Below are positions 31,692 through 55,983 of a stretch of DNA of 64,000 bases, piece after piece. The first letter of the stretch is position 1. Every line of letters begins with the position of its first letter. A model generated the notes under the pieces. The model saw only the letters and a program-made list of their open reading frames with translations. It was not told where the DNA came from and made no database searches. This DNA is from the human T2T-CHM13v2.0 reference genome, Homo sapiens. The translations under genes were made by a program, and so were the position numbers. Location: the NCBI RefSeq assembly GCF_009914755.1, contig NC_060945.1. The stretch is one strand, 5' to 3'.

Positions 31692-32366
31692 GGCCCGGCC
31701 CGCCCTGGCTCTCGCTTTAATCTCAGGAGGCGGTGTCCCAGGGTCCAGGGCGACACCCCCAAGCGGGTCGCGGGTCACCCTGGGCGGGCGGGGGCGGGGG
31801 CGGCGGGAGGAGGCGTTTCCCAAGGGAAGTCCGGGACGGGTTCCCTGCCTGGCTCAACCCCGGCTGCGGAGGGACCCATAAGGGACTCTGGGGCGCTTCC
31901 CGGGCCCGGCCACAGCGGCCAACCTGCCCCTCTCCGGTCCGCGGCGCAGCGCTGCCCGAGGGCTCGAGTTTGGGTTAAGGAAGGGGATTCTGGGGAGCGC
32001 TCCTGGAGTCCTGGGTGAGCCCCCGGAGCTGCTACCTCACGAGCTCCTGTAGGCGGCCGGCCCCGTCTTGGCCTCCGGGGAACCCACTGTAGCCTCTGGG
32101 CAAGGACCCAGGGTAGGCCTTGGGGACTGCTGGCCCAAGCACGAGTGGCGGGGACACAGCGCCGGACGCCCAAGACCCTCCCCAGTCCGCCTAGGCTGGC
32201 ATTTCTTGGCCCCCACCAGCGTCCGGTGGAAAGGGCTCCCCCGGATGGTCCCAGGTCTCTCGGCACCACCGGCCAGGGCGGGAGTGAGGAAGTGGTGGGA
32301 CACACCTCAGCCAGGAAGACGTGGCTGTTCCCGGGCACTTGAGAGGTTCTTTCTAATGTTTGCAAT

Positions 32367-33280
32367 TGTGGGGGCTCAGAATTCACCAGAATTTAATAGG
32401 ACCGTAGACCAGAATTCATCACCCCAAGTAGGACTGGAGGAGACCAGAATCTGCTACCCCAACATAGTCCTCTTTGGCACATTGATGATTTGGAACTGGT
32501 TATGTTGAGGAACTGCAGACACCAGAGTACCTCTGAGAAAATGCCCTTTTGTAAAGGAAATTTGCACCTATAAAGGAAATGTTTGTTAGTCAGCAGATCT
32601 GTACCAGGAAGAGAGCTGTTCCCGGACAACTTTTATCACCTGGGAAACTTTTATCTGCCTCACACGGCAACCTGCGTTCACCAGACACCTCCTCTCCTCA
32701 CGCTCCCCTCACTCCTCCACCGCTCCCCAGAAGCCTCAAACCCCCATTTCTTTCTGTCACTCAGAGTGACAGATAAGCCTCAATCATCGGGCTGCTGCAC
32801 CTTTTTTTTTTCGTGTGTTTTTTTTTCCCCCAGAAGGGGTCTCACTCTGTTGCCCAGGTTGGAGTGCAGTGGCTCAATCATGGCTCATGGCAGCTTCAAC
32901 CTCCCAGGGCACAAGTAATCCTCCCACCTCAGCCTCCCGAGTAGCTGGGACTAGAGGCGTGTGCCACCACGCCCAGCTAATTTAATTTTTTGTAGAGATG
33001 GGGGTCTCCCTATGTTGCCCAGACTGGTCTCCAATCTGGGCTCAAGCGATCCACCTGCCTTGGCCTCCCAAAGTGCTGGGATTACAGGTGTGAGCCCCCG
33101 CACTGGACCCCTCACTCACCTGGCCTGTTCTTTAAGTCTCATATTCTTGTGGGATTCCCATCTGTGAGTACATACATTAAAACAGCTTTTCTCCTGTTCA
33201 TCTATTTGATGCCAATTTAATTTGTAGACTAGCTGAACGAACTAGAAGGGTAGAGGGGAAGCATGTTTTCTCCTCCCCTG
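32367..33280 (+). mobile_element. MER34/MER39-like ERV1 LTR, split by an Alu
   Basis: Starts TGTGGGGGCTCAGAA; tgctaccccaa..tttggcacattgat..ccttttgtaaaggaaattt resemble the MER34-group consensus. Confidence 0.65.
32802..33110 (-). mobile_element. Alu (J-like) inside the LTR
   Basis: Diverged dimer. Confidence 0.9.
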
Positions 33281-33744
33281 CATAATATACAAATCAACAT
33301 GATTTGCTTTAAAATGAGGTGGAAGCAGAAAAAAGCCCCATTCAGTCCCATCCCAGGCTGCCTTGGCTCACTGCTCCCTTCCTGGGAAGCTCTCCCGGAA
33401 GCCTCCTGTGGGGCAGGACTTTCCTAGTAAACCCTTCCCTCTCACTCCCTCCTTTGGCACCTTTTGTGGTCTGCTGGTGGCACCCACAACAGGGATTGTC
33501 CCCAATATGCCCCAGCCCTCCCCATCCCCCACACTGCCCTGCGCTCTGCCCCAGTGGGAAACCCTCAAAGACCCTCTCCAGCACATAGGGCAGGTGCAGT
33601 TGTCTTTCAGCGGCAACTCACTTATTTCTGTCTTGACAGTGTGTTTGGTGCCTACTAATTCCACCCAGAAACCAGGGAGTAAGTGCTGCCGCAGACTCAG
33701 GCCTCTTGGAGTGGTTGTTCATTCACCATTTATTTTTCCTTTTA

Positions 33745-34751
33745 TATTAATAATCAGGGTTCTCCAGAGAAACAGAAACAATAGGAGAAATACAAATATA
33801 TACACACATATACATATGCACACACATGTATATACACACATCTATATTTCTATATATTATTTATAAATATTATAAATATCTTATATATTATAAATACATA
33901 TAAATATATACATAAACATGTATTTTATATGCATAATATAATACAGATATGATATATATTATACACAGCTTATATGTAATAAATATTATTTATAATATAT
34001 ATAAAGATTTACTATAAGAAATTGACTCATACAATTACGGAGGGTGAGAAGCTCTACAATCTGCCATCTACAGACTGGAGACCCAGGAAAGCTGGTGTTG
34101 TAGCTTTCAAAGTCCTGAGAGCCAGAGAACTAGAGAGCAGATGGAACAGATTCCAGTCCAGGTCTGAAGGCCTGAGAACCAGGAGTGCTGAGGGCAGGAG
34201 AGGATCAAAGTCCAGCTCACACAGTCAGGCAGAGAGCAAATTCAACCTTCCTCCCCTTTTCTGTTCTATTCAGGCTCTCAACCGATTGCCCAAATTGAAG
34301 GCAATCAGCATTACACAGTCTTTTCAAACATTAATCTCTTCCAAAAACACCCTCACACGCAGACACCCAGAAATAATGTTTAACCAGTTACCTGGGCATC
34401 CCATGACCAAGTCAGCTTGACACATAAAATTAACCATGGCTGGATGCAGTGGCTCCCACCTGTAATCCCACCATTTAGAAGGCTGAAGTGGGAGGATCTC
34501 TTGAGCCCAGGAGTTTGAGACTAGCCTGGACACCATAGCAAGATCCTGCCTCTACAAAAAGTTTATTAAAAATTAGCCAAGTGTGGTGGTGCGCACCCGT
34601 AGCCCAAGGTACTTGGGAGGCTAAAGTGAGAGGATCAGTTGAGCCCAGGAGTTTGAGGCTGCAGTGAGCTTTGATTGTGCCACTGTACTCCAGCTTGTAT
34701 GACAGAATGTGACCTTAGTTTTATCTAAGCATGAATATATATGCCACCATA
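33745..34751 (-). mobile_element. MLT2-type LTR (3' LTR of ERV-L) with internal AT-rich microsatellite (about 33790-34005) and an Alu near its 5' end
   Basis: cagggttctccagagaaacagaa...ttgacacataaaattaaccat are MLT2 termini; abuts the ERV-L internal region. Confidence 0.82.
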
Positions 34752-43437
<8,686 letters not shown>

Positions 43438-43785
43438 GTGACATTTGATTCATCATTAATGGATTTTAAAATGTGTGTACCTGAAAAGGAATAATGCAGC
43501 TATTCATGATGTCAGCAATAAAACAATATTTGTCCCAGTGTTTGTCCCAGTGTCTGTACTTTAGTTTTGATGTGAACCAGCTCTAAGATTCCCACAAGTA
43601 CTCGTAGTCAGAAGGCAAGACAGAGAATTCACGAGTTCCTTGTAAAGACAGGGTGTGTAGAATGCTATAGATGGAATGATCAGCACTTTTAAGAGCCAGG
43701 TGAAGCAAATCTCTGGTGTGCTGAGGACCTTTGGCCATGTCCTCAAGGGATGAATGAGATCCCTTGTTTAGAAAAACATAAAGAC

Positions 43786-44141
43786 TGTCTTAGTCTGTTT
43801 CGTGCTGCTGTTACAGAATACCACAGACTGGGTAACTTATTAACAATAGAAGTTTATTAGGCTCATGGTTCTAGAGGCTGGGAAGTCCAAGACGAGGGGC
43901 TGCATCTGGCGAGGGTCTCCTTGCTGCATCATAACATGGCAGAAGGCATCACGAGGCGAGACAGCAAGAGCTGGAACACATAGCCTCAAACCCTCAAGCC
44001 CTCTAATCATCATTAATCCATTCCTAAGAGTTAAGCCTCATGACCTAAACACCTCCCATTAGGCCCCATCTCCCAATATTGTTCCATCAGGGATTACGTT
44101 TCCAACACATGCTTTTAGGGGGACACATTCATATCATAGCA
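43786..44141 (-). mobile_element. MaLR solo LTR (MST/MLT1A-like)
   Basis: TG...CA termini with a 5-bp TSD AAGAC on both sides. Confidence 0.85.
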
Positions 44142-44946
44142 AAGACTTTCATGGCTCTCTTCATACAACCACCAAGCTTTCAGCAAATTCTTCAGATGAA
44201 TTCCAGATGCCAGTTGTTCAAACAAGGAAAAGGTTGTTTAATATTTGTTGTTTTTCATGGTTGAACCAAGTTATAAGGCTCAGCCCCAAGGCTCACTGTG
44301 TATGCTATAAAAACAATTACCTTTTACTGAATATTTGCTTTGCCAGTCACCACACTCAAGTTTACATTACCTCAGTGCAAGATGGACACACTGATTTCCC
44401 CTTTTTACAGCTGAGAATGCTGGGGTTCAGAGAGGGCACTTGACTTGGCTGCACCACACAGCCCCTAGGAGATGGGCAGCTGAGTTGGAATCAGGAGCTG
44501 GGGTTCCTGGGGTCAGGATTTGGGAAGGGAACCCTGTTGGTGGGGCTGTTCTGCTCCCATTCTGTCCCCAGGGGCCCCAAGTCCTGCAGGCTCTCTTAGC
44601 TCCAGAACCCAGAGGGAGGCAGTTGCAGGGGGAAGGGTGTTTGGAAGAGCATGGGGAGTGCAGCAGCAGCTGAGGGTGAGACACCTGGTCTGCTTCGTCT
44701 CCTGCTTCCCTGTCTGTAGGCCTCCTTCTCCTCCCACCTCACTGCTGTCAACTCCACGGGGAATCCCCTGTGTCTAGGATGGGTCACCAGCTGCTGAGAA
44801 GTCCTCTCACTGGGTAGGCAGGTCTTCTGGAGGTGGCTCTGGGGCCTCTGTCATAACTCTAACAGGTCCGAACACAGGCCATTCACAATGATGGGGAGAC
44901 ACAGGATCATTGCAATAAGAACTTCCCCCGTGAAAAAGGTGGGGAG

Positions 44947-45208
44947 GAGGCTTATATGTCACTCTGGGTGACAGAAAGGAATGGGGGTTTGAGGCCTCTG
45001 GGGAGCCCATTCTGGTCTCCTCCAGTCCTATTAAATCCTAGTGAATTTGGCCTCCTCCAGTCCTGTTAAATCCTGGCGAATTCTGAGCCCCCTACAATTG
45101 CAAACATTGAAAAGAGCCTCTGAAGTACCTGGGAAAAACCACGTCTTCCAGGCAGAGGTGTGGCCCACCACTTCCTCACCCCTGCCCTAGTTAGTGGTGC
45201 AGGGAGAC
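44947..45208 (-). repeat. Inverted copy of 32255-32450 plus 32722-32781
   Basis: Manual alignment: about 84% over 148 nt, then 22/22 and 56/60 blocks. Confidence 0.92.
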
Positions 45209-45450
45209 ATACGCCCCACAACAGAGTGCACTGTCCTCTGCCTTGCTGTGTGAAAAACTTTTTTTATCATCCAGGACCAACATTTTCATTACATTGTTGA
45301 ATGTCAACATTTTTAGACAACAAATGGCCACCTGGTGAAGTGCAGATGCTAATCAGATATGAGTACCTGCCGTACCCTTTAAAGCTTTTAAGACATGCAG
45401 CACTAGCTCCAACAATAAGAGTTTATGATTAAACAAACTTCATTAAAGGT
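45200..45450. promoter_or_regulatory. TMPRSS2: Androgen-receptor enhancer about 13.6 kb upstream of TMPRSS2
   Basis: Distance fits the known enhancer; ARE-like AGAGTGcacTGTCCT (45223-45237) and AGTACCtgcCGTACC (45362-45376); TTTTAT/TTATCA (HOXB13/GATA-like) and TAAACAAA (FOXA-like) motifs. Confidence 0.85.
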
Positions 45451-45654
45451 CAGCTTCCAGAATTACATTTCAAGCTCACATCCTGGGCTTTTTGAAAAAG
45501 CACCATTTTGAATGAAAGGCTGTATATGTCAAAGATGGGTGAAGTGTCACAAGGCTTTTTTAAAAAGGGCCTACAAGATAAGATCAGTGCCCCAAATCCT
45601 TCCCAGAAAGGCAGCACCTGCTTTCCATGGTTGAAAAAGTTATTCAAAGACCCT

Positions 45655-46645
45655 TGTTAAAGATGGAAAGGTGGACTACTCAGGACCATCGCAATAGGTC
45701 CAGGCACCATGGCAATGGGACTTTCTGGGGTGGGAGAGATTGGGCTCCACTCTAACTACAGCCCAGGCAAGTGGGGACTGATAGCCCAGGAGCAGAGTGG
45801 GGTCCGTGGATAGAAAATCACTAAGGGGAAACATCAGGGGTGAGGGGGATTCTGGCTAAACTGCCCTTGCTGAGAACAGGCTGAGGTGATCAAACATCAT
45901 CCGAGGGATGGTGGAGGGTGAGGAACCCCATCAGATATCGAGGGTGGAGTTCTCATCAAACTGACTTAACAGGGTTCTTTGCTGGAGCTGGATTTTAGAA
46001 GGAAGTGCACATATGGGCCCTAAGAAAAGCTCAGGAGCTTGACTAAAGTTCCATCAAGCAGAGAATCTTTTTTTTTTTAATTTTCATTTTTATTTTAAGT
46101 TCTGGGGTACCTGTGCAGGATGTGAAGATTTGTTAATAGGTAAATGTGTCATGGTGGTTTGCCGCACCTGTCAACCTACCACCTAGGTATTAAGCCCAGC
46201 ATGCATTAGCTATTTATCCTGATGCTCTCCCTCCCCACATCCCACCTCACAACAGGCCCCAGTGTGTGTTGTTCCTCTCCCTGTGTCCATGTGTTCTCAT
46301 TGTCCAGCTCCCACTTATAAGTGAGAACATGCAGTATTTGGTTTTCTCTTCCTGCATTAGTTTGCTAAGGATAATGGCTTCCAGCTCCATCTATGTCCCT
46401 GCAAAGGACATGATCTTGTTCCTTTTTATGGCTGCATAGTATTCCATGGTGTATATGTGTCACATTTTCTTTATCCAGTCTGTCATTGATGGGCATTTGG
46501 GTTGATTCCATGTCTTTGCTATTGTGAATAGTGCTGCAATGAACGTACACGTGCATGTATCTTTGTTATAGAATGACTGATATTCCTTTGGGTTTATACC
46601 CAGTAATGGGATTGCTGGGTTAAATCAAGCAGAGCATCTTTGTCA
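45655..46645 (-). mobile_element. MER31-like LTR interrupted near its 5' end by an L1
   Basis: Reverse-complement similarity to 22871-23355; ends ctttgtca. Confidence 0.72.
46071..46623 (-). mobile_element. 5'-truncated primate L1 (L1PA-like 3' end)
   Basis: L1 3'UTR sequence, T-tract, and TSD ATCAAGCAGAG(A/C)ATCTTT at 46053-46070 and 46624-46641. Confidence 0.9.
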
Positions 46646-47617
46646 TCATCTCGTCCCTTGGGAGTTCTCCACGGCCTGGGAGTTCCCTGCACTAGGAAGG
46701 GATGAGGAAAGGCAGCCAGGGGCTCCAGTGTGGGGCAGAGGGAGCTTGGAGGAGCCGCTTCTCCCTCCCCAGGACAGGAGCCCTGGTACCTGGCTCTGCC
46801 TGTGGCATGGGGCAGGGCAGTCCCATAGCAGTGGGGAGGGGATGGCCAGGGTGGAGGCCAAGGGAGGGCAGGCACCAGCAATCTGAACACCCTCTGTTAT
46901 CCACCTCGGCTGGGGCCCATTTTGAAGAGGGTGTGCAAGATTTCATCTGCAAAATGGAGGCTGCTGCTTTCAAAGGTTTGAAAGTCCCTGCTGTTTGAGG
47001 AGAAGGCAGGGATAGATGAGACCCTGGAGGCATCGCAGACTCATCCAAAGAGCTTAGTTTGACCTCAGGGCAAGGGCATCCTGCAAGGGTTCAAGAGGGG
47101 AGTGACTTCCTTCCTCAATGTATGGATGTTGAATGTGCACCTCTGATTTCTCCTGCCCCCTCCCATCTTCTGCCCACCCCAGCCAGGTCCAGAGTAGGAA
47201 GGGGCACATGCCTGTGTTCTGGGGGATAAGACGTCAGTGTGGTTGGAAGCCCAGGAAACTAGTTTTAAAGCTTCATTTGCATAGAAAATAATCTACCTCT
47301 CCTATATTTTTAACATTTTACTAAAATTTGTTTCTAAATGAGTAGTACAGTTTTTATTATGTGTTTCAGAACACATTACCTACTGTCTGTCAAGAGAAAA
47401 TAAAGTATATCTGTTGCCAAATGCAATTTTATTTCCAGAAAGGTGGCTCTGATAGAATGGACCTCACTGAAGCCCTCCCCTAAGGCTAGGACTTTGCCCT
47501 CCTCCACTCCCACCCAACAAAGAGGAGTCTCTTCAGGGGTGAAGATAATCAGGATCATATTTTTTTTCATTGCTTTGAAAAGGAGAAAAGTGAGAAACAT
47601 TATTCCACTTAGAATAA

Positions 47618-48046
<429 letters not shown>

Positions 48047-48064
48047 TTAAAAATAGGTTAAGCC

Positions 48065-48435
<371 letters not shown>

Positions 48436-49197
48436 TTACTCTGGGGCTACCAAAGCCTTGACGGCCAGGCACTGCTTCTGCTGCTGCACTTACCCAGCCC
48501 CTGCCCCTTCCATCTCCTCCCAGTCCCAAAACCCCACTGCCCAGTCAGAGAGTCCACTTAGGGAACTGCACCTGTTTTCTGTTTGTTTTGTTTTTTCCTG
48601 AAAATGGCTGGCCCAAAGGAAGGCTCATAAAACCCTTGAATCTCTGTGTTTGCAGAGAAACAAATATGAAGTGTAGCTAAAGAGGGACTGAGCAAAGGGT
48701 CCGTGAAACACGCAGATCCATAGGGATGGGGGCGACAAGCTTCCGTGCTGAACAGGAGCGACCCTGGGGTGGCTGCCCGTCGCAGATGGCTAGGTCACTC
48801 CTCTTTCATTTCTTCAGGGACAAAGAAGCACTACACTGTGAGCCTGCTGTTATCACTCCCAACATCTGGTCAGGAAGCAAACCAACTGATCAAGGAGCAA
48901 CATAGTTCATCCTACTTGAGCACCTCTACTTCCAGATTTTGGGATATGTAACATGCTGAGAACAAGTTAATTATCTATGCACATATATGTGTATGTGTGT
49001 ATGCATGTGTATACACATACGTGTACAAACAGGCATATATACAGTATGTATACATAAATATAAATATAGTTAAATATATATTTATATTTATAAATATATA
49101 GTTAAAGATTCAAATACACAAGTGCCCATTTTTCCCATTGGTTTTTGGAAACTGTAGCTGCTTTAGCCAATCTGTCCTTTAAGAAACAAGAACTTCG

Positions 49198-49490
49198 GCC
49201 AGGTGCAGTGGCTCAGGCCTGTAATCCTAACACTTATGGGGGGCCAAAGTGGGTTGATCACTTGAGGTCAGGAGCTTGAGACCAGCCTGGCCAACATGGT
49301 GACACCCTGTCTACTAAAAATACAAAAATTAGCCAAGCATGGTGGTACACACCTGTAATCCCAGCTACTCGGGAGGCTGAGGGAGGAGAATCCTTAAACC
49401 TTGCAGGCAGAGGTTGCAGTGAGCAGAGATTGCGCCACTGCACTCCAGCCTGGGTGACAGAGTGAGACTCTGTCTCAAAAAAAAAAAAAC
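49198..49490 (+). mobile_element. Alu
   Basis: Dimer, A tail. Confidence 0.94.
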
Positions 49491-51728
49491 AAAACCAGAA
49501 ATGAAAGCTTAAACCACCTGTGCCTCACACCGCAAACAGCTCCCTGTGTAATTAAGGAGAGACTTTGCTCTTCCACCGTTTCCATTCACGTGACTGGCAA
49601 AGTCGTTCCAGGAGACTCCAGCCCCAGTAAATGGAATGGGGCAAATTTCTCATGGAAACCTCCAGAAAGACCCATCAGCTCTTCAATGGAAAGCAGCAAC
49701 TTTGTGCTCTAAGATTCTTTGAATCTCTCACTTAAACCCCTTGCCTGGCTGTTTCCACCAAGCTTGGGCTGGTGCAACATGGTCCACACTCACTCCTCAT
49801 CAACCCCTCGACCCCTCGACCCCTTGACAGGGAATGTTCCACTTTATCCCAACTCCAATCTTCAGGGGGTTCCAACCTTGCCCTCCTGCCTCCCAGGCAC
49901 TGCGTGGCTTCCGTTATCACCGTGACTAATAAGCTCATTTTGTGTTGGTGTGTTAGGGATCTGGAGAGCCTATGTCTGCCAATAACCAATGTCATATGTA
50001 AATATACAGTGATAAACTACTCAATAAAACTAACAAAGAAAATAAAACTGGCTATGTTCCTGGTTGTAAAAGTCTTCCAATCATGGGAACAAAATGTCTG
50101 CTGTAAAATAGTAAAGAATTCTACTATAAAAAGAAAGCGGGGCGTGGGGAAGGTACTTCCTTCTTTACCTACTCTGTCCTTCAAAAATCACCTGCAACCC
50201 CTTAGGCTAATGGCAGTTTGAAAATTGTTTTAATATCTGAGATCCTAAAAAAATGGTCAAGAATTTCAAGATTCCTGCACAAGTTTGAGTTAGAGCTTTT
50301 AGATGATGAGGTCGTCACAGGTGACAGGAGGTCACAGGCGACAGGAGGTCACAGGCATGTGTGTAGTGATTATGCTCGCCTCCTGGGTGTCACCCAGCCC
50401 CGTGTGTGAGATGCACGTGGAAGGCGAAAGCACCTGTGCTCAGCGCCTGTGAGCTGGCTCAGCCAGGCCTTTAACTGCTCGCTGGAACACTGATTCCTGG
50501 TCACCCCAGGCAGCACACTGGGAGGGACTGGAGCTTACCCCCAGGGTGGACTGTAGGTGCTGGGGTAGGGGTGAGGATACCCACCTGCCCAAAGGATAAG
50601 GAAGATGCACCAAATCATGCAGGGTGGAGCGTATCAGCTCCAGGGACCCCTTAGGTCAGAGCACAGATTTGCCTTTCACGGTACCTGTAACTACTTCTGT
50701 AATCTCATACACAGATTGCTCAGCTTCCCTGAGAATTAGTTGCTTTATCCATAAAATAGGCATAATAACGTATTGCTGGGTCATGAAGAATTAAATTAAC
50801 CAATGAATAGAGAGAGACTTGTGGACTACAAAGAGCTAGGCAAATACAAGATATATTTTACAAGAAGTAGATAATTCAGGTAACTTGCAAAGCAGCCTAG
50901 GGCTGGACTGGGCTGGACAGAGACATCCATACCTAGGGTTGCCATGTGTAGTTGTTCAGGTTGTATACGGTACAAATGTAGGGATGACTTTCACATTTGT
51001 AGTCATGAAGGATATGTATATTTAACATGACATTTTCCTGCGGATGCCTTAAAATGTCTTATGGAAAGGATGATGTATTCATATTCATAAGAAAACGTTG
51101 AACAAACTCATGGTGAGGTTATCTGTCCATGCCCTATTTTGTAAGATGAAAGAAATTAAACCTTAAGGCTGAACTCTCTTCTACGTGGGTTGCAACACTG
51201 AATCACAGTTTTGTATCTTAATTGTTCTTTGACTTACATATACAGCTGGAGGGCAGAAATAAAAGCATCAGCTTTTAAAAATGCATCAATCAACTTTAGA
51301 TTGATCCAGAACAAAGCTGTCAGTTGATTGTAGTGGGCCAAACCAGGTACGATGTGTCTTACTAGAAACACAGAAGTTTACAAACATTTGAACTGACATC
51401 TTAAAACTAGGAGACTTCACATAAAATTCAGCTTTCCAGCTTCTCTTTAAAACATGGAAGACCTGGCTCACTGGGCCACCTTTTAGAGGAGCAGGAAGGA
51501 GCTCCTCAGCCCTGCGGGCATCTGAGTGGCAGCCCTGCAGGCAACTGAAATTCCACTGTCCTAAGCTGTTCCAGGAGGCGCTGGGGTCCGGTCAACCCCC
51601 GAAGCCCAGCAGCGAGCTCCAGAGACCCCGTCTCCCCACAGAATGGAGGTCAGAAGCTGCCGCCAAGCACATGAAACATCTTGGCTTCCCTCTGTGCACT
51701 CTCTCCGCTTCCTAACTTCCCTAGCTTA

Positions 51729-52151
<423 letters not shown>

Positions 52152-52390
52152 TCAAAGAGAGCAGAACATGCAGCTTCCTGAAGCTTGTGTCCCAGCAGGG
52201 AAGGCACAAACTAACACATAATGAATGTGCAGTGCCAGTGCCAAAAAAAAAAAAAAATGTAAAGCCAGGATAAGAGGCCAGCCTGACCATCGAAGGGGCT
52301 CCATCTCCGGCAGGAGTCTGGGAGGGTGTCCATACGCAGGAGAAGCAGCAGGTGCCTCTGCTGGGGGAGGAGCCTTCATGAGGGCAGTGA

Positions 52391-52723
<333 letters not shown>

Positions 52724-54890
52724 TAGTGCTCAAGACATCCTAGAGCGGGGAGTGGGAATGGAGGACTAGCAAATGGAATGTGGGGACTGAGGGGAACTGG
52801 GCAGTCAGAGGTGACCCCAGGGATTTTAGTCTGAACAGCTGAAGGAATGGAGCCGCCACTGACGGAGATGGGGAAAGCGGATGTGCAAGATGACATCAAG
52901 AACTTGGCCTTGGACACGTTCAACTTGAGGTGCTAATTAAACTGGGAAGAGCAGGTGGTGGCAGGCAGTTGGAGTTGAGGGGATGGAGATGTGAACTTGG
53001 GGGGCGCCAGCAGGGAAGTGCTACTTGGGGCCGGGGCCCAGAGGAGCTCCCCAGGGAGGGAGGGTCAGCCGGTGGACAGAGCTCTGGGGCTGCCTGTGAG
53101 AGGCAGAATGGGGGGATTCCAGGAAAGATATGAATGAGCAAGAAGCTGTGAAAACAATTTCTGTCCACCTGAAAAATGTACACGGCACAGACGTGGAAGG
53201 AAAGGAATGAGGATGATATTAAAGTATTAAAATCCCACGTACTTGAGACAGTAACGATAAATAAAAATAAACCCAGTGTTGCCAGGGATGTGAGAAATAA
53301 AAGCATTATTTTGTTGCCAGAGGGGCACTGAAAATAGATTTAATGTAGTCGAGAGCAGGCACCAACTATGCGGCAGGAGTTACGAAACTCTGTCCCCAGA
53401 AATATTCTCTAAGTGGGGAGGTGGCAAGTTCAAAAAGAAACAAATGATAACAGCCTTCTCAAAGCTCTGAAAGCAGCGCTCTCACACTGGGCAAAGGCGG
53501 ACCTCACCTCAATGCCCTGTAGCAGGGGACCCCTAAGCACGCAGAGGCTGGGTCTCACTCAGCAGGTGGGTGTCTCAGTCCGCAGGTGCAGCGGAGCCAG
53601 TGGCCTTTGGTCCTACAGCTCAGCAGAACTCTGACTCCCAGCTCCCATGCCACCCAGGTGGCCAAGGAAAAGCTGGAAAGATGCACGGGTCACTCTCTCC
53701 AGCTCCCACCTCCTTCTCCTGAGAAATAAAATCCACAGCCAGCTCCAGTCTGCCTGAGGGAGAGAAAAGGGAAAAACAAAAGAAAAATACATAAATTAAT
53801 ATCCAAAAATAACTGGGCACATACAAAACCACTACTAATGTCACAGCATAGGACCAGACAGGATCATAGGCCATGATCTTGCCTATAGCATGAGATTAAG
53901 CAAAATAATAGAATTAATAATAATAATAAAGTATTTGTTGTTCTAGATGAAGTGACTGACAAGGCTGTTGCCCCAAAAGTTGAAAGTAATGACATAATTA
54001 CTTTCTGACAATAAAACTGCAAAGGCAGCTCACACAGGATCAGAGCATAGGTATTCAAGGTCATGTTTAAAAGATAAAAATAGCTTAATGCCAGTGAGAT
54101 CTTATCTTCATGAATCAAAAGTACGGCATACAACTAAACATACAAACAAAAACAGAAGAATGTGCCACTAACGAGCAGGGTTGGCTGGCCACAGGAGTTT
54201 ACAAAATGCCATCACGGGGATCAGTGCTAGTCGGGCCTGCTGTCAGTGAGGGAAAGGGGACCCAGATGGGAAGCAGGGGTCTCCTGGCCAGGGAGGCTGT
54301 GATTAGAGACAGAAGCACCTCATATAAGGGACAGAATGCTCAAGGTTCTGGTCAGAACAATCACATGTGTGTGTGTATGCGTGTGCGTGTGTGTGTGTGT
54401 GTATGTGTGTGTGTTGGGGGTGTATAGGTAATATCTCCAGTGATTCTCAAATGTCATTCCATATAAGAGTTATTGAGAAAGCCAGACTTTTTAAAAAAAA
54501 ATGCAAATTTCCAGGCCTTACCTCCAACGGGGCAGGTGTTCTTGGGGGTTGAGGTGAAGCTAAGGTCGGTGGTCCAGACCCCACTTGCTCCCCTCCCAGT
54601 GGTCTCTGGGCTTGGGGACCGTGAGACTGTCCTCTTTTTGCCTCTGGTGGGCTGAGAAGTCAGATCTCAGCCTGGAAGAGTGAGAAGCAGCTCTGCATTG
54701 TGACTTCTAGGGGGCATCCCCTGTTGTCTATGACAGCCTTACCTAGGGGGTGGGCCCAGGCCACCCCTCCCTACACACCCAGCCCTAGGTGCCTCTGCCT
54801 GAAGGTCACCCGCTGTGAGATGGTCTGTGAGCCCCCTGTACCCTCTTCTTTTGCTTCCATTGTTGATAAATACATAAAAACACAGCCATG

Positions 54891-55983
<1,093 letters not shown>

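Larger units (their letters stand above)
30340..32340. promoter_or_regulatory. TMPRSS2: CpG island / TMPRSS2 promoter; TATA-like ATTAAA (minus, 31716-31721) about 25-30 nt upstream of the TSS; GC boxes 31782-31807
   Basis: Very high GC and CpG density around both first exons; motifs read directly. Confidence 0.92.

Noticed and set aside
30300-32508. Many overlapping 100-200 aa ORFs
   Set aside because: Stop-poor CpG island; only 31483-31537 has splice and frame support
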